This document shows, in pieces, positions 55,501-64,000 of a DNA stretch of 64,000 nt (within the stretch, counting starts at the first letter, position 1; each line of letters starts with the position of its first letter). Below the pieces are notes generated by a model. The model saw nothing but the letters and a program-made list of their open reading frames with translations. It made no database searches and was not told where the DNA came from. The position numbers were made by a program, and so were the translations under genes. Source of the stretch: Lytechinus pictus (lineage: Eukaryota); the NCBI RefSeq assembly GCF_037042905.1, contig NC_087249.1, forward strand, positions 9,736,001 through 9,800,000, in the 5' to 3' direction.

Positions 55501-56788
55501 TATTTCCAAGCACCTAATGTCGCTCTAGCTACTAAAATTAAGAGATGGTGGTTCTAAGAGTACCAATTCGAAGAGATTTTAAGGGTATTTTAATGGAGAT
55601 TAAATATTTTGTTTTATCGTAGATAAAATAGATCTCAGAATACTACACCTGGTAATTTTGATCAGTGGTAACGTAAGGGACGTAGAACGGTTTTGAAAAA
55701 AAATCAGGTGGTAATTTTTGTAGTTTTTACACATTTATTTGAATAAGGGGGAAGGTGAAGCCCCCACCCCCTCCCCAATTTGGGCTAGAATGCTTTATCC
55801 TGGCAAAGAAAATACAACCTGTCATTCTTAACTTACAAAAATCAGAATTCATGCCAACGGTATTTTCAAGAATAAGTTTAGAATCATTGTTTTTTTTATA
55901 TTTTTATATTAGCTTCAGTCAAGATATAAACACAAGGCAAGCCAATAAACCTCTTCTTTACCCATTATGCCCTACATTCATGTATGAATCTTTCTTGGAG
56001 TTCTGATATTGTTTTTCAAGTCCAGAAAGAAGCCCAAAAGCGTATACGAGTTCAAAATCAATAAAAACATCTTTCTTGGATTGTAAAGTGTTGTTTCTCT
56101 TATATCTGAGAATGACAGATTTTGTTGACCTTGCTAGAACAGGTAAACATCACGTACATGTAGCATCAACTGAAAAGTTCCCAAAATCAAACTTTCAGAG
56201 GACAGAAAAAGGAATATTCCTTTTTTTCTTGGTAGTTTACGACTCAATCAAAATAATTTTAAACCAACATGTTGGAGTGAGATTTGTTGTAGATATTAAA
56301 TTATAAGTAGTATTTAAAACAAATAATACAAAAATTGGCATATGGTCGTGTGGGCAGTCGGTCGTTCCTTGGGGAATCTTGCAGGTCGAACTACTTCCTC
56401 AGTTTTACACCAATTCTGAAATTTGGCACACGCATTGGTCTTGAGGTTTAAGTTTGCAGAAGTTTTTCTAGTGTGTTGCCATAGTAACAATATATCATAT
56501 GAAAAATTGTGCAAAAATCTTGCAGTTTTAATTACTCTTGTCAATTTTCAACCAGTTCTCAGGAAATTTGGCTCACACTTTGGTCTTGGGTAAAGAAGGG
56601 CACTACATATTTTTCCAGGTTGTGGAAACTGTGTTACCATGGTGGTGGCATATTAAGATAGTTTTTTTTTTTAAGTTGGAAACAAAAAAATTAAGACAGT
56701 TAATTTTAAACATCGTGTGGAATAAACTACCTCTTCATTTATGACCTTTGCTCATAAAATTTGGCACACATATACATGTAGGTCTTAA

Positions 56789-57377
56789 AGGGGTATTCCA
56801 GGCTGAAAATGATATGGTTTGAACAGAATAAGAAAAATTGGACAAAAAACCCTGAAAATTTGATCAAAATCGGACAAGGAATAACAAAGTTAGATTTGCA
56901 TTATTTCTGTGAAACAGTTCTTGGCATGTCTTCATGAATATTCAATAAGCAAATTGATGATGTCATATTGGATATATCCCCACTTGTTCTTTTGTATTTT
57001 ACAGTTTTTTTTACTTCAAGAACCCAAAATATTTGAATAACAACTGAAAGTGCATTAGATATTCATTGCTGCAACTTATTTCATTACAAGGGAGACATTT
57101 TATTCACACATACATATGAAAAAAATAAAACAATTACAATTTTATATAATAACATATTAAAGAAAAAGGAAAGTGGGGATGTGACATCATCAGCCCATCT
57201 AATGAATATTTATGATGACGTGCATAACTGTGTTCACAATATATTACTAACATGTAAATTAAAACTAAATAACTTTGCTATTTGTTATCAGATTTTAATT
57301 AAATTTTCAGCATTTTGCTTGCTGTAAATTTTCCTCTTTTTATTTAGATATATATATTTGCAGCCCGGAGCATCCCT
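56789..57377. mobile_element. Kolobok-type MITE (family of 9835; a fragment also at ~38012)
   Basis: TTAA|AGGGGTATTCCAGGCTG ... CAGCCCGGAGCATCCCT|TTAA. Confidence 0.8.
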
Positions 57378-58798
57378 TTAAGGTACAGATTTTGAAGATT
57401 CATTTCTTATATGTGTTGGAAACTGCATCAGCATGTTATCGGCATAGGGCTGCCTGGGGTATAAATCACCTTCAGTGATATTTCTATTTTTCTTCAGTCT
57501 TTAGATAATTTGGTGCTATTAATGAGCTTTAAGAAATCACAAATTTCTCAAATACACTACAAGAAGCACACAAGTTTGTCTTGTATTATTCACATAATTC
57601 CAGCCCTCAAATGACACCTAAAAGTTCAAAGTAGATTTGTGTAAAAACTGAAATTTGAAGCTGCACATTTCTATCTTCCGTTTGAATATTTCTGTATATT
57701 TTCAAAAGGTAGAATCAATGATTTGTACCTTCAACCATTGTGTACAGTGAAGGGTCTGCAGCTGATGTTGCGAAACCAAAAGTAAATGAAAATGCTGTTA
57801 TGAAGTCACAGACTTGTAGTGCGGGGAGTGCTAAAGGGGAAAAATGGGGGAAGTGGACGTTTGCTTCCCGCTATCAGCTATTTCCAATTCATTGAGGTAA
57901 CATTAATTACTCATATATATATCCTTGATGAGTATCATGGGTGGTCATTCTTCAAAGGGATTTGGTTCTAGCAGGTAGGAAAATTATCATGTCGCAATTA
58001 TGTCTTTTCAATCAGGATACGTACAGTATACTAATCGGTATTAAGGATGCATTTATCTCAATATCATATCCATCCAAGAAATGGTTTTTATGTCATTTGT
58101 TGGTTTCTACATGTAGGTCACGTGTAGATGAAAGTTCCCCAGATGATGGTTTGTGTAAAGTACACCACACAACCTAAAAGGACCATTCAATGGACGATTG
58201 ATTTGTGAAAAAAAATGAGTAAAATTATGCATAAAATGATCTTACCAGGCATCTATAAGAAGCAGGGGAAAAAATACTTTTTTTTTACAGGAGCCATTTT
58301 TCTCACTGGTCACAAATTTATGGGAGCCATTTTTCAATTTCCAAGAGCCATTTTTAAATTTGCTAGAGCCATTTTTTAAATAAAAAAAGGAAACATATCA
58401 TTTGTAATTATTATCATTTTAGACATGTTCAATTTGTATTGTTTGTTGTATTTTAATGTGCCATCCGTACTATTTCTTTATTTCTTTTACCAACAAAAGT
58501 AATGATTGCAATAAGGCCATTTGATTTCATGTGCCATCTCTACTATTTTTTTTACTAATAAAAGTAATGAATGATTTACTTAGATATATATTGCCATTTG
58601 TCTGTATCCAGTGCTATTGTAGAAAAATCTGATTATCAAATTGTTAATGTGCCTGTGTGAGTGATCCTGAAACTTTGAAAGAAGAGATAAAGAGAGGTTA
58701 CTATACAACTGTAAAATAATACATGAAAGGCTGGTATTCAATGTTTTGTACAGTATCCAATAGAATAGAGTACACTTCTCATGGATTTTGATTAGTAA

Positions 58799-58952
58799 TA
58801 CCACGGTCACATTTGCTCTACGGCGGCCGTACGGCGAGTCGAAAACAGCCGTTTTCGTACAATGTGTGACCTTCGTAGCTAGTACAAAAAATGTTAAAAC
58901 GGCTGTTTTCGACTCGCCGTACGGCCGCCGTAGAACAAATGTGACCAGGGTA
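58799..58952. mobile_element. Palindromic PIF/Harbinger-type MITE (154 bp)
   Basis: ~58-bp near-perfect TIRs (GGTCACATTTG.TCTACGGCGGCCGTACGGCGAGTCGAAAACAGCCGTTTT) and TAA TSD. Confidence 0.9.
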
Positions 58953-60690
58953 TAAATAAGCATAATTTGGTGTGCAGTTTCCTTAGGAACAAATGCTCAT
59001 AATAAATGAGGAACGTAGCTGAATGCTTTTTCACGTGACTAGAGCCTGAAATGAACTGATCACCAAAGCTCACAACTACCCCTTTCCGATGGGGACCGGA
59101 GCGAGCAGCATACGCACGACAGGCCTGGCAGTAGTCCAAAAGCTTCAGTCTCTGTATTTTGGTTGTTCCGCTGAACTGCGTTGGCTCACTCACATACATA
59201 GACTGAAGACCTTGGAGGCCCGTACGTACAGACAACGTATTAGCAGTAACGTTAGATCTAATATTCGGAAACCCGATTTTCAGATCGTTTTTTTGTACAT
59301 AAAATGTCACATTATGAAAAAGAAATTACATCCATATTTACGAAGAAATGTATAAAATTCAGAAGTATCGTACCTTAGACCGCAGTTACCGCTAATTCCT
59401 TTCAAATGATATCGAAACATCGTCATCTTCGATCCTTTCGTTAGTCCACGTAAGTTGCCATCTTGGATGACGTCGTCATCCTTACAGACGTATTTACCAG
59501 TCGCTATATATCGCGATTTGTGCAGCTGCTTTGCACTTGTAATCTACGTGCGTGCGTTCGGAACTTGTCGCTCGCATTGATTCGCCAGGATATCGAAAAT
59601 TCTTATCGGAAAGCCTTGATAAAAGCATACCTCATTGAACGTAGAGGGCAGCAACACACAGCTGCCATTTTTTCATCTACCGTATGTACGTACCGTACTA
59701 GTGCGCTCACTGCGCTGAGCTTTGTGAATGTGAATGGTACATTACGTGCACGTTATAACCCACGCACGAAGGGAAGCAGCGGACGTATGGCCGAGCTAGT
59801 TACTGTACACAAGATCACGGGTGCAATTTTTTTTCCCCCGATCGCTCTTTCTATTGGGTTTGCAAGTGCGATTTCAAAGCTTACGAGAGCGAAATCGCTC
59901 AGCGCTCCCGTGTATTTTTTTCACTGATAAGAAGTACTTAGAGAGTAAAGCAACTTGTTCACTCATGTTCTATGGTTCTATCAGTCTCAAAATCTTTGAT
60001 TTAAAAGCCATTTTACCTGTATCTTCATGCATTGTAATGTCATTGCCGATTCCAAAACATGGCAATTGGGCATATGCAGTCATATTGTGATGATCAGTTG
60101 AATTCAGTTCTAATAATCAGTTCCCCTTTGAATTCATAGATGCTAAGTTATTTTACCTCTCAAGTTCCCAACCATTTTTTTTTTTTTGGGGGGGGGGGAG
60201 GACTTGTTTCATGGGCATCAACCTGTGATGTGGAATTGTTAAATTCACCCAGTTTACAGAGAGCGACCCACATTTTGCTCTGTCCCTGTATATAAGGTGA
60301 GGTTTGGGATATGGGTGAAAGTTTAGAACATGATGGCGAGAAGTGCATGTATGCATGAGGATTGTTACTATTAAGTTTTGCTTTTATGTTTTGCTTTGAT
60401 GTGCAAATTTTCTCTGCAATCAAAAGTCATCGGAGCAAATTCCTTGGAATTTCAGTACAGTTTTTGATGCTAGCATGTACAAATATGTTGACTTGTTCAT
60501 CAAGATGAAGAATTAGACTTGATCGGTACATGTCACTTGACTTTATACAGGGTATCGTATGGTGTGAAGTGTTTTTGGTGGATTATCGTGGATGTTGTTG
60601 CATTGGGTATCAATGTACATTTGGAGTTTTCTTGCTAAGGTCACTTCACGCTGCGGGTTCATTTCCCGTTAGTCCTTGTACAAGTTCTCA

Positions 60691-60965
60691 TTATGGATCT
60701 GCAACTTCCTGGTTTGTCACACACACATGCCGTCCTCCCTTGAAGCATATGATATTAGAGGGATTATGCTTTCCTAGGCCGTGTTTGGACCTTCCTAGCT
60801 GTGTGAAATCAAACAGGACTCTTGTGTCTAAGTAGAAGATTAGCCAGGGTAAGAGTTTGGAACTGATTGACCTCAGAAAAGAGCGAATCGGTCTATAACA
60901 TGAAGATTGGAATAAATGCCTTGATTTGGGTATCACTCTGCCATCGTTATCCAGATAGAAGTCCC
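60691..60965 (-). CDS. Possible terminal coding exon of an unidentified gene
   Basis: ttttcaaAG| then ~90 open codons (DFYLDNDGRVIPKSRHLFQ...FDFTQLGRSKHGLGKHNP...) in non-repetitive sequence. No homology recognised. Confidence 0.25.
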
Positions 60966-61249
60966 CTTTGAAAAGTATATTTCATTGAAACTTTGAATAC
61001 ACCGTAGGGGGGAGGTGGTGGGGCTGCTTGGTCTGCTTGTTGAATTGTTCTCTTTAAAAAGAAAAATTATCTAGTTTGGTAGGCTAGTTGCTCTTCCAAT
61101 GATCTTTATTTCTAGTATTTAAATGATTCAAGATTTATTGAGAAAAAATAATTTGCAACCATGATCTCAACTTCTTTGATGGTAGTGGCACTGCCAGCAT
61201 TGATATCTTTCCAAACAAGAAAATGCAAATTATCATCTACTTAATCTTA

Positions 61250-62306
61250 AACACCGTTTTCATTATACTTTCTAAAACTAGTTTACTGGAAACTGGTTTG
61301 AACAGAAAACCAGTTTGGAAGATCGCTTTGCTAGCGTTCCCATTTGATCAACTGAAAGTGGTTTTCAAAATCACTTCATGTAAAGCGATCTTGTTGCTAC
61401 AGTACAGGAACGCTTACAGTGGGGTGACACGTTTTGCGCGAAATTTGAAACCGCAGCGTAGGCATTCTTCTACACACAGTGTGTGGAGTAGCACTCTAAA
61501 AATGTGCCAAGATCGCTTCCCAAAGAATGGTTGTGTCCTCACGCTAAAACCAGTTTAACGAGGCAAAGCGATCTTGGAAACTACATCATGGGGTGGTTTT
61601 AAGAAGTGGTTCGGAAGATCGCTTCCAAGATCGCTTTGACTGTTCTCAATACACATTAAAGGTTAAGTCCACCTCAGAAAATTTTTTGTTTGAATCAATA
61701 GAGAAAAATCAGACAAGCATAATGCTGAATATTTCATCAAAATCGGATGTAAAATAAGAAAATTATGACATTTTAAAGTTTCGCTTATTTGTTACAAAAT
61801 AGTTATAAGCACAATTTTACTCACATGCAAATGAGAGAATCGATGATGTCCCTCACTATTTCTTTTGTTTCTTATTTGAATTATACAATATTTCATTTTT
61901 TACAGATTTGGCAATAAGGACCAACTTGACTGAACCATAAAACGTTTAACAATGATAATTCCACATGTTCAGGGAGAAATACAATTTTTTTTCACAGGAC
62001 AATGAGAAAATTTGAATATTTTATATTTCTTATAATAAAATACAAAAGAAATAGTGAGTGAGTGGTGTCATCATTTTCCTTATTTGCATACCGACCGGGA
62101 TGTGCATATAACTATTTTGTGAAATTAAGCGAAACTTAAAAATGTCATAACTTTCTTAATTTACATCCGATTTTGATGAAATTTTCAGTGTTAACGCTTG
62201 TTTGATTTTTCTCTTTTTATTCAAATCAACTTTTTCTTGTGGTGGACTTGTCCTTTAAACTAGTTTCCAGTAAACTATTTTAAGGATGGTAGTGAGAATG
62301 GTGTCT
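61250..62306. mobile_element. TIR MITE interrupted by a Kolobok-type MITE
   Basis: Left ACACCGTTTTCA...TAGTTTACTGGAAACTGGTTT mirrors right AAACTAGTTTCCAGTAAACTA...GAGAATGGTGT. Confidence 0.75.
61660..62254. mobile_element. Kolobok-type MITE, nested
   Basis: TTAA|AGGTTAAGTCCACC ... GGTGGACTTGTCCT|TTAA. Confidence 0.85.
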
Positions 62307-62395
62307 AAGTCTTTTTGAGTTTTGACCAAGATTCATCAGAATTTAATATGTTGCAATGGGACTTTTGTCATTTTGATTGAAAATCTTGATATACC

Positions 62396-62550
62396 TGGGC
62401 GCCGTTTCCTAAAGCTGTTAGTAAGTTAAGAGCGACTTTAAGAACCTTTCTGATGCGCTTAACCGTCGCCAATGAACATTTTGGTGTACGATATACCATT
62501 TACAAGAAAGGTTCACCAGTCGTTCTTAAAGTCGCTCTTAACTTACGAAC
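62396..62550. mobile_element. Small palindromic MITE
   Basis: AAAGCTGTT.GTAAGTTAAGAGCGACTTTAAGAAC / GTTCTTAAAGTCGCTCTTAACTTAC.AACAGCTTT. Confidence 0.8.
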
Positions 62551-62734
62551 AGCTTTATGAAACACCCACCCGTACATGTATCTACATAGGCCTACATATA
62601 AAAAAAAACCACAGCCCTAAAAATTCTTTCCATTTCATACATGTAGGACAGACAAATTGTGTTTGTTGCTGTTTGTATCTAATAACAGGTCTTTTTTGGT
62701 TGGATTGCATACAGAATAGGGGGTACATGTATTA

Positions 62735-63191
62735 TAGAGCTGCCAACCAGTACGTTTTTGCAAGCAAAATACAACATATTTTTTCTTTAAAAAACATGAT
62801 TTTTATAAATCGTAATTTATTGAGAAAAATCATCTCTACATGTCTCTATTTCATAAAACTTACACAAATATGGTTATTGGATGAATGTAATTTCAGGTAA
62901 CTTGTTTTTTTTTTTAAATCATTTTGTTAAAACCAGGGTGAGATACACATGTTTCAATGTTTTTTTTTCATCTGCAAGAGCAGTGCGTATTTTAGCTTGC
63001 ATGCAGCTTGAGCGCCGCGATGAGCGCGCACACTGCGATTGGGACTCTTTTTTTTTATTTCCGAATGTTGGCAGGCCTGCTATCCATACAGCAGTGCACA
63101 TTTTATTATGAAATACAGTTTTTTTGGGGGGAAATACAGTTTTTTTCTATCATAGAGTACAATTTTTCATTCCCAGAGGTTGGCAGGTCTA
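62735..63191. mobile_element. TIR MITE (hAT-like ends)
   Basis: TAGAGCTGCCAACC ... GGTTGGCAGGTCTA flanked by GTATTA on both sides. Confidence 0.7.
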
Positions 63192-64000
63192 GTATTATCA
63201 ATGTTTCATTCAAGAATGATCATTACAGATTATTCCCAAATTGAAATCAACTCAGAAACAATTCCATATCTTACATAATGATATGTCCAGTATGTATGAA
63301 AAAGTGAATAAAGTCAGATGTTGATTAGAACTAATGTTGATACATTTTCCTGTAATTATCTTGAGATTTGGCTATAACAAGATCTACGTCCCCATAATAT
63401 GGCCTTGCTCATTATAAGTGCATCGTTGTATATCATCAACTGTTGTTTTGAACTAGTGTTGATGTGTACATTAATGTTTGATTGACATCTATTATCTCCT
63501 CTGGCTATATGTACCTGTCATGAGTCCTGTATCAATACTGAGATCTCTATAGCTTCCTGTCATCACAGCCTTTCATTTGGCGATTGCATCGTTAAGCAGT
63601 GTCTTGAGCCAGAGGTGTTGACTTTGTTGTAATGTTACCCTTTGTTACTTTACAAACTATTGTCTCAAACATTAAGTTTTTAGAACTGTTGATGTCTTTA
63701 AGGTTTGAAAATAGAAGTCAGGGATGTTATTTTTAGGGGTGTCTGTGGAATTACGATTCTAAAAATAGTATCCAGCCAGTAGCCTTGCTATATTTGGTCG
63801 CATCCTTGGTTGGGCAGGAACAGCCTGATTATGTACAGACGTCATAATGGTGGTGCTTGCCTGGCAACAGGAAGTAGAGCGGAGCAGCGAGAGTGAGAGA
63901 ATGGAGGATAGAGGAAGAGAATGAGAGAGAGGGGGAGAGAGAGAACGTGGAGAGCTGATGCGAGTGTGTGTGAGCATACCATTCTGCCTACTGTCTCTTG

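Noticed and set aside
59463..59927. 154-aa ORF and the neighbouring 58580-59355 ORFs
   Set aside because: Non-ATG starts for most, overlap with a MITE or CpG island, and no recognisable domain.
63759..63977. Minus-strand ORF or exon after a CT-rich tract
   Set aside because: All frames stop shortly after the putative acceptor and no homology was recognised.

Overview
Eukaryotic (animal) genomic DNA, AT-rich and repeat-dense. The SINE, MITE and LINE types point to a marine invertebrate deuterostome, most likely a sea urchin (inference). Two convergent intron-containing host genes are recognisable: COX5A (+; two coding exons at 4158-4396 and 5505-5636, first exon not found) and CIAO2A/FAM96A (-; five coding exons, 13603-18801, 176 aa). 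The centre holds a nested retroelement pair. An apparently intact, very young Ty3/Gypsy element (24060-31719; identical 338-bp LTRs, GTAT TSD, tRNA-Leu-type PBS, gag, -1 frameshift, pol) sits in the 5' UTR of an intact RTEX-like LINE (~23801-35450, TGACAGA TSD). The Gypsy element has two unusual parts: a ~29-aa tandem repeat array in Gag and a third ORF in the env position, preceded by a strong splice acceptor, that encodes a nuclear-looking double C2H2 zinc-finger protein. The LINE ORF carries a hydrophobic leader and a 2A-like StopGo motif ahead of PHD, APE and RT domains. The rest is MITEs (Kolobok-, Tc1/mariner-, hAT-, Harbinger- and piggyBac-type by TSD), tRNA-SINEs, a 110-bp minisatellite, a near-perfect 730-bp tandem duplication, a decayed Chapaev/Transib-like transposase and a decayed CR1-like RT. 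No CRISPR, rRNA or intact tRNA was seen. All comparisons were made by eye; no searches were run.
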